Assembly: GCF_009914755.1 (NCBI RefSeq)
Contig: NC_060947.1
DNA length: 64,000 nucleotides
From: the human T2T-CHM13v2.0 reference genome, Homo sapiens
Strand: one strand, 5' to 3'
A program made the translations under genes and the position numbers. Shown piece after piece: positions 36,040-57,100 of this stretch. The notes below the pieces were generated by a model. It made no database searches, was not told where the DNA came from, and worked only from the letters and a program-made list of their open reading frames with translations. Position 1 is the stretch's first letter; every line of letters starts with the position of its first letter.

Positions 36040-37715
36040 GTGCTTCTCAAACTATAGTGTACATCAGAAACATTTGGAGAGCCCGTTAGACATGCAGATT
36101 CTGGGGCTTCACCCTGATCTTGATTCAAAAGGTCTCAGCAAGGTCTGAAAAATCTGCATTTTTCACAAGTATCCTACGTAGTTCTGCTGTAGCTGATTCA
36201 AGGACTATACCTTGAGAAACATTGACCTACACAGTATTTTCTTTCTCCCTTTGCATTATGTTGTTTTGAATCATCGCATTATAAATCTTTCCAGTATCTC
36301 TTTTGATTGCTTTTTGCACACCCTAATGACCTCCACTAATTCCCTGGGTCTCACCACATCTCATTAGCCTGAACTGGAAGAAGTTAGAATTTCTACATTT
36401 TCTTTCCCCATATTCATACCTTTCAGGCCTTCACACATGTGCATCTCCTTTGAAAGCAACAATTAGCCGTATCCTTCTGGAAAGCTTCCAGTCTTCCTAA
36501 GCCAATCAGATTCCCAAGGGTTTCAGAGCAGGAGCTCTTCAAGTAAATACATAGGTGTTGCTTCTTTCACTCAAACCACCCTGTTACCTAGGAGAGCTCC
36601 TCTATGACTTTGGTGCTCTCAACACTACTCCACAGAGTGGACCAAATAAAACAAAGGACAAAGAGCTCAATCCTGTCTATTTAAAATCTTATTAGCAGCT
36701 GAAGAAAAAAAAAGTTGCCAGTAAAGAACTAGAATTGTCTTTTCTTGAAAATTCACAATTGTCTATTGACATGAATTAGCCAAGTTATCACTGAGCCCTC
36801 ATACTACAGAGAGAATATAGATATTAAACTACCACCTGGGAACCCACTTAGGGAGATTTTCATATAACCAATGCCTGAGCCCTGGCCTAGACTAGGATTT
36901 CTCAGCTTTGACACCATTAACATTTTAGGCTGGGTAATACTTGTTGTGAAGGGATGCCCTGTCCATTGCAGGATACTTAGAAGCATCACTGGACCCTACC
37001 CACTATATGCCAGTATCACAACACTCCTCTCTCAGTTGTTACAACCAAAAATATTTCTAGACATTGCCAAATGTCCCCTGGGGGAGGAGAAACAAAATTG
37101 TCCCCATTTGAGAGCCATGGTCCTACACCAATTAGGTCAGAATTTCAAGGGGTGAAGCCTGATATTCTTTAAAAGCCCCCCAGATAATTCCAATGTACAG
37201 CCAGGGTTTAGAGCCACTGCCTTATGAAGATATCTGAGCCTCAGTTTTCTCATCTGTAAAATGAGTATGATGAGGATATCTACTTCACAGTTGTTCTAAA
37301 GATCAAATGAGATAATATGTGGTGGAAATGTTTCATGTATCATTAAAGAAACGTAATATTTCTCCCATCTATTGTGAAACACTAATCCAGGTGTTGTCAA
37401 ACTAAGCCCGCAGGCCAAATCCTATTCATTATCTGCTTTTATATAACTTTTGAACTTGTGGTTTGTACATTTTTTTAATGGCTGGCCAAAAATCAAAGTA
37501 AGAATATTTTTCGACTCATGACAATTATATGAATTTCAAATTTCTGTATCCATAAATAAAGTTTTATTGAAACACATGTTTACCCATTTATTTATTGATT
37601 GTCTATGGATGCTTTTACATTTTAAGTTCAGTAGTTATGGCAGAGATTTTATGGCTCACAAAGCCTAAAATTTTTACTATCTAGCCTTTTACATTGAAAG
37701 TTTTTCCCATTCCCT
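36040..37715. mobile_element. Cluster of hAT fossils and a MIR: MER5-like (36040-36225, 36800-37220), MER20-like (36890-37120), MIR (37225-37340), MER58-like (37388-37715)
   Basis: AGTGCTTCTCAAACT...AATCTGCATTTT; AGACATTGCCAAATGTCCCCTGGGGG; CCTCAGTTTTCTCATCTGTAAAATG; CCCGCAGGCCAAATCC...AAATAAAGTTTTATTG. Confidence 0.7.
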
Positions 37716-37929
37716 AATCACAATTTAAAATATTCAAGCTAGTTTCTTTTCCTGGCTCTCAAGTCCTTTTCAAATCTGCTTGGGAGGGCTGCCCTGCTCT
37801 CCCCAGAAAAGCTTCAATTATGTAAGCAGTAAATCTTTTTATACCCTCTTGGTATGTGTGTGGCATCATCAGTCCTGACATCCAAACCAATTTTCAGGTG
37901 GGCATCCATTCTTTTTCTTTAGGATGGTC

Positions 37930-38248
37930 ACAACACAGGCAGAGGGAGATTTGAACAGAAGAAGGCAACATAATGGCTAAAGCAAGATGCTATACTGCTG
38001 GCTTTGAAGATGAAGGGATTATGAGCCAAGGAATGTAAGAAATTCAGCTTCAGAAGCTGGAAAAGGCAAGGAAACAGACTCTCCCCTAGAGTCTCTGGAA
38101 AGAGTGGGCCCTGCTGATAGCTTGATTTCTGCCCAGTGAAACTCATTTCAGACCTCTGACCTACAGAACTAAAGAAGAATAAATGCCTGTTGTTTCAAGC
38201 AACCAAATTCGTGGTAGTTCGTAACAGCAGCCCTAGGAAACTAATACA
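37930..38248 (+). mobile_element. MLT1 (B/C/D-like) LTR, 3' part
   Basis: AGAAGCTGGAAAAGGCAAGGAAACAGA...GCAGCCCTAGGAAACTAATACA. Confidence 0.8.
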
Positions 38249-38249
38249 G

Positions 38250-39975
38250 TGGATAAGACTACCGGTGCCTTAGCACAAATTGAAGCAGTGCCACAAAATA
38301 GTACTAGTAGGCATTGTGTTTGTTACCACCATATGCTGTTTTATTAAAAACGTCAGTTGCACTTGTCTTATATGGAGCAGTGAAAAGTATTCATGTTATA
38401 AATATTGACCCTTGAAAACACGGTTTTTAAATATTTTGTATGACAAATGGAAAATATGCATAAAGCACTTCTGCTACATCTTGAAGTATAATCACTGCCT
38501 CGAAGACAAACACTTGTGCAATTTAAAAGTAACTCTTTTCATGAAACACCATTGGTAGTTAAAAGAATTACTGACAGACAAACTTTGGTTATTCAGACTT
38601 GGATTTTGGGCAGATGTTTCTCTAAAATTAACAAAGTGAGGCTGTCACTTCAAGGAAAACAACTGACAGCATTATTTGTCAATTACAAAATTCAAGTTTT
38701 CATGTAAAAATTAGAGTTTTAGAAAACTTGTAGTAGATACTACTTAGTCCAGGGCCTGATAGCTAGGCTTGTTCACTTCTTTTGAATCAGAGGCCGCTGC
38801 TGCAAACATGCTCTACCAGATCCTCAATCAAGCCAAGAAGCATCTGAGCATGATTCTCCTCTGAGTTTATTGGAGATGGAGGTACTGGAGCAGCACTGTA
38901 TGTTTTATATCCAGCATTGTTCAATCCAGATGTTACTTGGGACAGAAAGAATGACCCAGAGCCCTGGAACAAACTGGGTCCCAATGATCAATACAAGCTC
39001 TACTCAGTTAATGTGGATTACAGCAAACCGAAGAAAGAAGGTCTTGTAAAATTGCTTTAGAATGAAGGTCCTCCAGAAGCCATCTCCACAATTTTCCACT
39101 TAACTAGGAAATTTTTATCCTCTAAATGCATGAAATCATGTTGATGTATTGTGTAGGAGGTTACACTCATTAATAAATATTTGAAACTTACAAAAAAAAA
39201 AAAGAAAACTTGAGTCTGCCACCATAAGCTGTACAGCTTTCTGAAACATAAATACTTTCCTGATAAGATCAATGGTGATAGTAACAAATGTGATATTGTA
39301 TCATGAAATATGTCAATATTTGGAAAGGTTTGCATAACTCAGTGAAGCAATATTTTTAAAATAATGAATGCATGATGCTACAAAATCATTCATAGGTAAA
39401 AATTCCACTCCAGGTGAGGATAGGCAAATGGATTTTCATGTATAAAAACACAAACAGTTCATTGATATAGTTTCAGTTTGCATTTTGGAACTAACCTCCA
39501 AGAAACTTCCAATTGTCCAATTTTGGTATAATATCAAAAACCATCCACAATTATCGGCATAGACTACTTAAAAACTCCTGTCTTTTCCAACTACACATAT
39601 GTGTGAGATAGGACTTTCTATATTTCACCCAGAACAATATATCACAGAAGAGTGAATGCAGAAACAGATAAGGGAATCCAGCTCTTTTCTATTAAGACAG
39701 AAATCAAAGAGATTTGCAAAAAATATAAGCCCATGTTACTTTTCTCACTAAATGTTTTTGTTTTGAAAAATATAGTTATTTTCATAAAATAATTTGTGCT
39801 AACTTGTAATTGATGTATTATCACTTTTAAATTAATACATAATTAAATATTTTTAATTTCTATTTTAATTTCTAATACAGTAAATAATAGTATATTTAAC
39901 TCAGATAAACAAAGGCTCTTTGGGGTCCTCAATAATTTTTAAGAGTAAAATTAAACAGTTGGAGAACTACGGCTC
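38250..39975. mobile_element. Charlie1-like hAT fossil split by the NDUFA4 retrocopy
   Basis: CTGTCACTTCAAGGAAAACAACTGACAG and CTCTTTGGGGTCCTCAATAATTTTTAAGAGT motifs. Confidence 0.65.
38731..39202 (+). pseudogene. NDUFA4: Processed pseudogene of NDUFA4 (COXFA4); the symbol given is the parent gene
   Basis: ATG at 38808 gives [18 protein letters not shown]; after a frameshift [59 protein letters not shown]. Intronless, AATAAA 39172, poly-A, TSD AGAAAACTTG (38721-38730, 39203-39212). Confidence 0.93.
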
Positions 39976-39987
39976 TAGAAAAACTCA

Positions 39988-40275
<288 letters not shown>

Positions 40276-40289
40276 AGAAAAACTCTTAC

Positions 40290-40850
40290 ACATATGCTCA
40301 AGGAAACGTGTTTATCGCAGCTTTGTTTGAAACAATGAAAAGATGAAAACAATGTAAATATTCAAGAAGAGGTGAATGAATAGGCAAAATGTATATATTC
40401 ATAAAATGTAATAATATGTAACTGTTGAAAGAAGAGTTACAAGTATTAACATGGGTGAATCTCACAAACATAATGGTGAGGAAGTTGTCAAATTCTTTGT
40501 AAAGAGTGATAGATTTATATACATTTTTAAACATTTACATAAAGTCAAAAGATAGTCATTAATCATACCAGATTTTTGTCTATGTGTATATATATATATA
40601 TATATGTAGTAAAATTAAATACATGAAAATGAATGAGAAGAATGTCCACCAACTTCAGGATATGGTTCTTCTGAGAATGAAGAGAATGATTAGGAAGAAG
40701 TACAAATTGGACTTGACCTCTATCTATAATATTTTATTTATTTAATAAATAAAATAATTCAAAGCAAGTATCATAAATTATTAGCATATGTGAATTCAGG
40801 ATGATAGGTACACAGAGCTCTCTTTTATTAAATTCTCTTCCATGTATGTT
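40290..40850 (+). mobile_element. Old L1ME/MC 3' UTR fragment with (TA)n
   Basis: Degenerate ACATGGGTGAATCTCACAAACATAATG motif. Confidence 0.55.
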
Positions 40851-41322
40851 TTGACAGTACTGCCCTCTCTCAGTTCATATATCACAGTCATGAGGTCTCC
40901 AGGGAGAAGAGTGAGAATTCCACAAAACAGAGTGGGTTTCAGTGGTGGTCTCACCTCTTCACTATCTTTCAGAAGATTGCCATGAATTGTTGTTTATCTG
41001 CAAATCATAAGAGGATTGTGAATTATACTATCTAGTTTTAAATAAAACAGTCCTTAAAACGTGGGTAAAGAGCTTGAATAGATTCTTACAAAGAAACCAA
41101 TTGAAAATAATTATGCAAATGGCAAGCTGGATAAAGAGCCAAGACCCATCAGTATGCTGTCTTTAAGAGATCCATCTCACATGTAAAGACACACATGGGC
41201 TCAAAATAAAGGGATAGAGGAAAATTTCCCAAGCAAATGGGAAACAGAAAAAAGCAGGAGTTGAAATCCTAGTTTCTGACAAAATAGAATTTAAACCAAC
41301 AAAGATCAAAAAAGACAAAGAA

Positions 41323-41623
<301 letters not shown>

Positions 41624-42007
41624 TTCACTAAAACCCACACAACTACATGGAAATTGAATTACTTGCTCTTGAATGACTCTTGGGTAAATAATGAAATTAA
41701 GACAGAAATCAAGAAGCAATTTGAAACTAATGAGAACAAAAAGACAATGTACCAGAATCTCTGGGAAACAGCTAATTCAATATTAAGAGGGAAATTTACA
41801 GCACTAAACACTCACATCAAAAATCTAGACAGATCTCAAGTTAAGAACTTAACATCTCAACTAAAAGAGCTAGAGAACCAAGAGCAACAAACCCCAAAGC
41901 TAGCAGAGACAAGAAATAACCAAGACCAGAGCAGAACTGAAGAAGAGACATGAAAAACCCTTCAAAAAAATCAACAAATCTAGGAGCCTTTTTTTTTTTA
42001 ATTAATA

Positions 42008-44298
<2,291 letters not shown>

Positions 44299-46019
44299 AA
44301 TTAATAAAATAGACCACTAGCTAGACTAATAAAGAAGAAAAAAGAGAAGAATCAAATAAACACAATTAGAAATGATAAGGGGTTTATCACCCTGACCCCA
44401 CAGAAATATAAACAATCATCAGAGAAAACTATAAACACCTCTATGAACATAAACTAGAAAATCTAGAAGAAATGGATAAATTTCTGCAGAGATACACGCT
44501 CCCAAGACTGAACCAGGAAGAAATTGAATCCCTGAATAGACCAATAATGAGTTCTGAAATTGAGGCAGTAATAAATAGCCTACCAACCAAAAAAAAAGCC
44601 CAGGACCAAATAGATTCACAGCTGAATTATAACAGAAGTGCAAAGAAGAGCTGGTACTATTTCTATTGAAAATATTCCAAACAATTGAAAAGGAGGGACT
44701 CCTCCATAACTCATTTTATGAGGCCAGCATCATCCTGATACCAAAACCTGGCAGAGATACAATAAAAAAAGAAAATTTCAGGCCAATATCTGTGATTAAC
44801 ATCAATGCAAAAATCCTCAACTAAATACTGGCAAACTGAATACAGCAGCACATCAAAAAGCTTATTCACCATAATCAAGTAGGCTTCATCCCCTAGATGC
44901 AAGGTTGGTCCAACTTATGCAAATCAGTAAGTGTGATTCATCACATAAACAGAACTAAAGACAAAAAACACATGATTATCTCAATAGATGTGGAAAGGCC
45001 TTCAATAGAAATCAGTATCCCTTCATGTTAAAAAGTCTCAATAAATTAGCTACTGAAGGAACATACATCAAAATGATAAGACCCATCTATGACAAACCCA
45101 CAGCCAATATCATACTGAACAGGCCAAAACTGGAAGCATTCCTCTTGAGAACTGGCACAAGACAAGGATGCACACTCTCTCCACTCCTATTCAACATAGT
45201 ATTGAAAGTTCTGGCCAGGGCAATCAGGCAAGAGAAAGAAATAAAAGGTATTCAAATAGGAAGAGAGGAAGTCAAATTAACTTTGTTTGCAGATGACATG
45301 ATCCTATATCTAGAAGACCCCATCATCTCAGCCCAAAAGCTTCTTAAGTTGATAAGCAAATACAGCAAAGTCTCAAGATACAAAATCAATGTGCAAAAAT
45401 CACCAGCATTCCCATACACTAACAACAGGCAGGCAGAGACCCAAATCAGGAATGAACTCCCATTCACAATTGCCACAAAAAGAATAAAATACCTAGGAAT
45501 ACAGCTAACTAGGGAGGTGAAAGATCTCTATGAGGAGAATTACAAACCACTGCTCAAGGAATTCAGAGAGGACACAAACAAATGGAAAAACATTTCATGC
45601 TCATGGATAGGAAGAATCAATCAATATCACGAAAATGGCCATACTGCCCAAAGTAATTTTTAGATTCAATGCAATTCCCATGAAGCTACCAGTGACTTTC
45701 TTTGCAGAATTAGAAAAAAAAAAAAACTACTTAAAATTTCATATGGAACCAAGAAGAGCCAGTAAAGCCAAGACAGCCCTAAGCAAAAAGAACAAAACTG
45801 GAGGCATCACACTACCTGACTTCAAACAATACTACAAGGCTACAGTAACCAAAACACCATGGCACTGGTACAAAAACAAACACATAGACCAATGGAACAG
45901 AATAGAGAACTCAGAAACTAAGACCACACACCTACAACCATCTGATCTTTGACAAACCTGACAAAAACAAGCAATGGGGAAAGGATTCCCTACTTAATAA
46001 ATGGTGCTGGGAGAACTGA

Positions 46020-49910
<3,891 letters not shown>

Positions 49911-50359
49911 TTACTTCAGTGATTAAAATAATACCCCAAAGGGACTGATGTTGGATCATTGTGTACTAAAGTCATTCTGTGAGTTGGTACTTGTGTTTTA
50001 CCTGAAAGGAGAAGATAGTGTCATTACCAATCATCCTTGAACAATAACAAAGACTGAAAAGGTAAGCTTTTGATTGGCTCCTTCCCATCTAAAGAATGTG
50101 ATGGGGCCTGATGTGGTAGTCAGGGTACTAATTTAACTCATACATCATTTGTACTCCTAGAGTGGTGAAGACTGGTTATACACACAAAGACAGACATCTA
50201 GAAGAGTCCAAAGCAAAAGGCTAATAGGACACAAAATGTACAAATCATTCAAAATGATTGATAAATTGGACCATGTTAAAATTAATAATTTCTTTTCACT
50301 GAAAGACACGATTAAGAGAGTGAATAAGTAAGCCAGCAAGGTAATTGATCTTACATGGA

Positions 50360-53300
50360 GATTAGATGAACTTAGAGAGCTGAGGGAAATACAGGGGTAG
50401 AGGAAGCAGTGGGAAGAGCTCTGTGGCTACTCTTAGTCCCTGGGGAAGCCATTTCTGACTTTGTCTCACAGGGGTCCTTTGGGGAGGGCTGCCGGTGGAA
50501 TTGGGGAAAAAACACAAGGAGAGGTTGTGAACTGAACTTTGTAACAATTTCAACCAAACACGAAGTTTCCTGGACAGAACCTGGGTAAGAGGGTGAACCA
50601 GGAGTGCAGACACAGTACAGAAGTTGTGACATGCTGGGAGCCGCAAAACCTGAAAGTCCTGCTTGCTTTCCCAGTGGGGAGGCCTGGACCCTGGGGCAAG
50701 TCCTCAGCTCTGCTCACCTACTACCTGGAAATAAACTCAATGCTGTTGTGGAGGGCACAGTGAGAGTGAGACTGGCCTTTTGGGCTGTGTGGGAGCTAGG
50801 TGAGGCCTGTTACTGCCAACTTTCCCCCCAGTTCCCTGGCAACCTGCCATGGCATGCAGCAGAGGCAGCCATAATCCCCCTGGGAATATAACTCCATTGG
50901 CCTGAGAATCACACCCCCATCCCCTACAGCAGCCACAGCAAGCCCTGCCCAAGGAGAGTCTGAGCTCAGACACACCTAACCCTGCCCCAACCTGGTGGTC
51001 TTTCTCTACCTGCCCTGGTAGCCAAAGACAAAGGACATAATGTCTTGGAAGCTCAGTGGCCCAAACCACCACCTGAGAAACTTATCCAGGTGACCCTAGG
51101 GCAAGCTTGTATCCTCCCTATACTACCACAGCTGATTCTCTCCTGAAAGCACCACCTCCTGGCTGGAGGCCAAATAAAACTAGCACAATAAACAAAAATA
51201 CAACCAAGGACCCTCACAGAGTCTGCTTCACTCTCCTGCTACCTCCACCATAGTACGTGCTGGTATCCATGGCTGAGAGACCTGAAGATGGATCACATCA
51301 CAGGACTCTTTGCAGACACCAGCCCAGAGCTCAGTAGCTCTGCTGAGTGGCTAGATCCAGAAGAGAAATAACAATCACTGCAGTTTGGCTTTCAGGAAGG
51401 CACATCCCTGAATACCCACATCCAGGGAGCACTCTGTGGGATGAAAGAATCTGAACAGCAGTCCTTGACCATCAGATCTTCCCTCTGACATAGTCTACCC
51501 AAATGAGAAGGAACCAGAAAAACAATTATGGTAATATAACAAAACAAGGTTCTTTAACACCCCTAAAATATCACACTAGCTCACCAGCAATGGATCCAAA
51601 CCAGGAAGAAATCTCTAGATTGCCAGAAAAAGAATTCAGATGGACAATTATTAAGCTACTCAAGGAGGCAGAAGAGAAATGTGAATACCAACTCAAAGAA
51701 ATTTTAAAATGTTACAGGATATGAATGGAAAAATCTACAGGGAAATAAATAGCATAAATAAAAAACAATCAAAACTTCTGGAAATGAAGGACACACAGAG
51801 AAATGCAAAATACACTGGAAGGTCTCAGCAATATAATTGAATAAGTAAAAGAAAGAACTTCAGAGCTTGAAGACAAGGCTTTCAAATTAACCCAATCTGA
51901 CAAGTCAAAGAAAACCAGAATTTTAAAAATGAACAAAGCCTCCAGGAAGTTTAGGATTATGTTAAATGATGGATTCTAAGAATAATTAGTGTTCCCAAGG
52001 AAGAAGAGATATCTAAAAGTTTGGGAAACATAGTTGAGGAAATAATCAAGGAAAACTTCCCTGGCCTTGCTAGAGATCTAGATACCCAAATACAAGAAGG
52101 TGAAAGAACACCTGGAAAATTCATCACAAAAAGATAATCATGTAGGCACGTAGTCATCAGGTTATCTAAAGTCAGAACAAAGGAAAGAATCTTAAGAGCT
52201 GTGAGACAAAAGCATCAGGTAACCTATAAAGGAAAACTTATCAGATTAACAGCAGATTTCTCAGCAGAAACCCTACAAGCTAGAAGGGATTGGGGTTCTA
52301 TCTTTAGCCTCCTTAAACAAAACAATTATCAGCCAAGAATTTTGTGTCCAGTGAAACTAAGCTTTATAAATGAAAGAAAGATAGTCTTTTTCAGACAAAT
52401 GCTGAATTAGCCACTACCAAGCCAGCACTACAAGCACTGATAAAAGTAGCTCTAAATTTTGAAACAAATCATCAAAATGCACCAAAATAGAACCCCCTTA
52501 AGGCATAAATCTCACAGGACCTATAAAATAATAACAAAATGAAAAAAAAAAAAACCAAGGTATTCAGGCAACAACTAGCATGATAAATAGAATAGTACTT
52601 CACATCTCAATTGTAACATTGAATGTAAATAACCTAAATGCTCCACTCAAAAGATACAGAATGGCAGAATGGATAAGAATTCATCCAGCAAGTATCTGCT
52701 GTCTTCAAGAGACTTACCAAACACATAAGGATTCACATAAACTTACAATAAAGGAGTGGAAGAAGATATTCCATGCAAATAGACACCAAAAATGAGCAGG
52801 AGTAGGTATTCTTATATCAGACAAAACAAACTTCAAAGCAATAGCAGCTTAAAAACACAAAGAGGGACATTATATAATGATAAAAGGACTTGTCCAACAG
52901 GAAAATATCACAATCCTAAATATATATGTACCTAACACTAGAGCTCCCAAATGTATAAAATAATTACTACTAGACCTAAGAAATGAGATAGAAAGCAACA
53001 CAATAATAGTGAGGGACTTCAATACTCCACTGACAGCACTAGACAGGTCATCAAGACAGAAAGTCAACAAAGGAACAATGGACTTAAACTATACCCTAAA
53101 AAGAATGGACTTAACAGATATTTACAGAACATTCTACCCAACAACTGCAGAATATACATTCTATTCATCAGCACCTGGAACATTTACCAAGATAGACCAT
53201 ATGACAGGCCACAAAACAAGTCTCAATAAATTTAAGAAAATTGAAGTTATATCAAGTACTCTCTCTGAACACAGTGGAATAAAATTTGAAATCAATGATA

Positions 53301-53671
53301 AAAGGAACCCTCAAAACCATGCAAATGCATGGAAATTAAATAACCTGCTCCTGAATGATCATTGGGTCAACAATGAAATCAAAATGGAAATTAAAAGTTC
53401 TTTGAACTCAATGATAATAGTGACAAAACCTATCAAAATCTCGGGGATACAGCAAAGGCAGTGTGAAAAAAAAGCAAAGATGAAAGTTCATAGCACTAAA
53501 TGCCTACATCAAAAAGTCTGAAAGAGCACAAATAGATAATCTAAGGTCACACCTCAACGAACTAGAGAAACAAGAACAAACCAAACCCAAACCCAGCAGA
53601 AGAAAAGAATAACCAAGATCACAGTAGAATTAAATGAAATTAAAACAAACAAACAAACAAAAAATACAAAA
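50360..53671 (+). mobile_element. L1PB-type 5' UTR, ORF1 and ORF2 endonuclease region; 3' part missing
   Basis: ORF1 start 51503 (MRRNQKNN), 52201..52410 (VTYKGKLIRLTADFS), EN 52580..53521. Confidence 0.88.
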
Positions 53672-53678
53672 GAGGGGC

Positions 53679-53687
53679 CAAGATGGC
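53679..53687 (+). promoter_or_regulatory. YY1 site of the L1 internal promoter
   Basis: CAAGATGGC at the L1 5' end, the known YY1 site position. Confidence 0.65.
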
Positions 53688-56600
53688 TGAATAGGAACAG
53701 CTCCAGTCTGCGGCTCCCAGCAAGACCAATGCAGAAGGCGGGTGATTTCTGCATTTCCAACTGAGGTACCCAGTTCATCTCACAGGGACTGGTTAGGCAG
53801 TGGGTCCAACCCACAGAGGGTGAGCAGAAGCAGGATGGGGTGTCGCTTCACCCGGGAAGTGCAAGGATCTGGGGAGCTCCCTCTCTGAGCCAAGGGAAGC
53901 CATGAGGGACTGTGCTACCCACCAGGTTACTATGCTTTTCCCATGGTTTTTGCAATCTGCAGATCAGGAGATTCCCCATGTGTCTACACCACCAGGGCCC
54001 TGGATTTCAAGCACAAAACTGGGCGGCTGTTCGGGCAAACACCGAGCTAGTTGTACGACTATTTTTTCGTACCCCAGTGGCGCCTGGAACCCCAGCAAGA
54101 GACAACCATTCACTCCCCTGGAAAGGGGGCTGAAGCCAGGGAGCCAAGTGGTCTCACTCGGCAGGTCCTATTCCCACGGAGCCCAGCAAGCTAAGAACCA
54201 CTGGTTTGAAATTCTTGCTGCTAGCACAGCAATCTGAAGTCAATCTGGGATGCTCCAGCTTAGTGGGGGGAGGGGCATCCACCATTACTGAGGCTTTAGT
54301 AGGCAGTTTTCTCCAGACAGTGCTAAGGAGGATGGGAGGTCTGGGCTGGGCGTGACAAAGTGGCTGTGGCCAGACTGCTTCTCTAGATTCCTCCTCACTG
54401 GGCAGGGCATCTCTGAAGGAAAGATAACAGCCCTAGTCAGGGGCTTACAGAAAAAAAACTCCATCTCCCTGGGACACAGCACCTGCGGGAAGGGGCAGAT
54501 GTGGGCGCAACTTCAGTGTATTTAATCATTCCTGCCTGCCAGCTGTGAAGAGAGCAACCGAACCTGACAAGAGGGATTCTCCCAGCCTAGCGCACCTGCT
54601 CTGCTAAGGGACAGATTGCCTCCTCAAGTGAGTCCCTGACCTCCGTGCCTCGTGACTGGGAGAAATCTCCCAACAGGGGTCAACAGACACCTCATACAGG
54701 AGTGCTCTGGCTGGCATCAGGCCAGTGCCCCTCTGGGAGGAAGCTTCCAGAGGAAGGAGCAGGCAGCAATCTTTGCTGTTCTGCAACCTCCACTGGTGAT
54801 ACCCACGCAAACAGGGTCTGGAGTGGACCTCCAGCAAACTGCAGCAGACCTACAGAAGAGAGGCCTGTATGTTTGAAGAAAAACTAACAAACAGAAAGCA
54901 GTAACATCAACATCAACATAAAGGACTCCCACACAAAAGCCCCATCCAAAGGTCATCAGCATCAAAGATCAAAGGTAGATAAATCCATGAAGATGGGGAA
55001 AAAACAGCACAAAAATGCTGAAAATTCCAAAAACCAGAATGCTGCTTCTCATGCAAATGATCGCAACTCCTCTTTAGCAAGCACAAAACTGGACAGAGAA
55101 TGAGATTGATGAATTGACAGAAGTAGGCTTCAGAAGGTGGGTAATAACAAACTCCTATGAGCTAAAGAAGCATGTTCTAACCCAATACAAGGAAGCTAAG
55201 AACCTTGATAAAAGATTACAGGAACTGCTGACTAGAATAACCAGTTTAGAGAGGAACATAAATGACCTGATGGAGCTGAAAAACACAGCATGAGAACTTC
55301 CTGAAGCATACATAAGTATCAATAGCCGAATAAATCAAGTGGAAGAAAGGATATCAGAGATTGAAGATCAACTTACTGAAACAAGGTGTGAAGACAAAAA
55401 GGAAAGAACAAAGCCTCCAAGAAATATGGGACTATTTGAAAAGACCAAACCTATGATTGACTAGGGTCCCTGAAAGTTATGATGAGAATGGAACCAAGTT
55501 GGAAAGCACACTTCAGGATATTATCCAGGCAAACTTCCCGACCTAGCAAGACAGGCCAACATTCAAATTCAGGAAATACAGAGAACACCACTAAAATACT
55601 CCTCGAGAAGAGCAACCCCAAGACACATAATCGTCAGCTTCTCCAAGGTTGAAACGAAGGAAAAAATGTGAAGGGCAGCCAGAGAAAAGGGTCAGATTAC
55701 CTATAAAGGGAAGCCCATCAGACTAACAGCAGATCTCTCTGCAGAAACCCTACAAGCCAGAGGAGACTGGGGGCCAATATTCAACATTCTTAAAGAAAAG
55801 AATTTTCAACCCAGAATTTTATATCCAGCCAAACTAAGCTTCATAAGTGAAGGAGAAATAAAATTCTTTACAGACAAGCAAATGCTGAGGGATTCTGTCA
55901 CCATCAGGCCTGCCTTACAAGAGCTCCTGAAGGAAGCACTAAATATTGAAAGGAAAAACTGGTACCAGCCACTGCAAAAACATACTGAATTGTAAAGACC
56001 ATCAACACTATAAAGAAACTGCATCAACTAATGTGCAAAATAACAAGCTAGCACCATGATGACAGGATCAAATTCACACATAACAATATTAACCTTAAAT
56101 GTAAATGGGCTAAATGCCCCAATTAAAAGACACAAACTGGCAAATTGGATAAAAAGTCAAGATCCATCAGTGTGCTGTATTCAGGAGACCAATCTCACGT
56201 GCAAAGACACACATAGGCTCAAAATAAAGGGATGGAGGAAGATTTACCAAGCAAATGAAAAGCAAACAACAACAATAACAAAAAAGGCAGGGGTTGCAAT
56301 CCTAGTCTCTGATAAAACAGACTTTAAAGCAACAAAGATCAAAAGAGACAAAGAAGGGCATTACATAATGATAAAGGGATCAATGCAACAAGAGCTAACT
56401 ATCCTAAATGTATATGCACCCAATATAGGAGCACCCAGATTCATAAAGCAAGTTCTTAGAGACCTACAAAGAGACTTAGGCTCCCACACAATAATAGTGG
56501 GAGACTTTAACACCCCACTGTCAATATTAGACAGATCAACAAGACAGAAAATTAACAAGGATATTCAGGACTTGAACTCAGCTCTGGACCAAGTGGACCT

Positions 56601-56709
56601 AATAGACATCTACAGAACTCTCCACCCCAAATCAACAGAATATACATTCTTCTCAGCACCACATAGCACATATTCTAAAATCAACCACAAAATTGAAAGT
56701 AAAACACTC

Positions 56710-57100
<391 letters not shown>

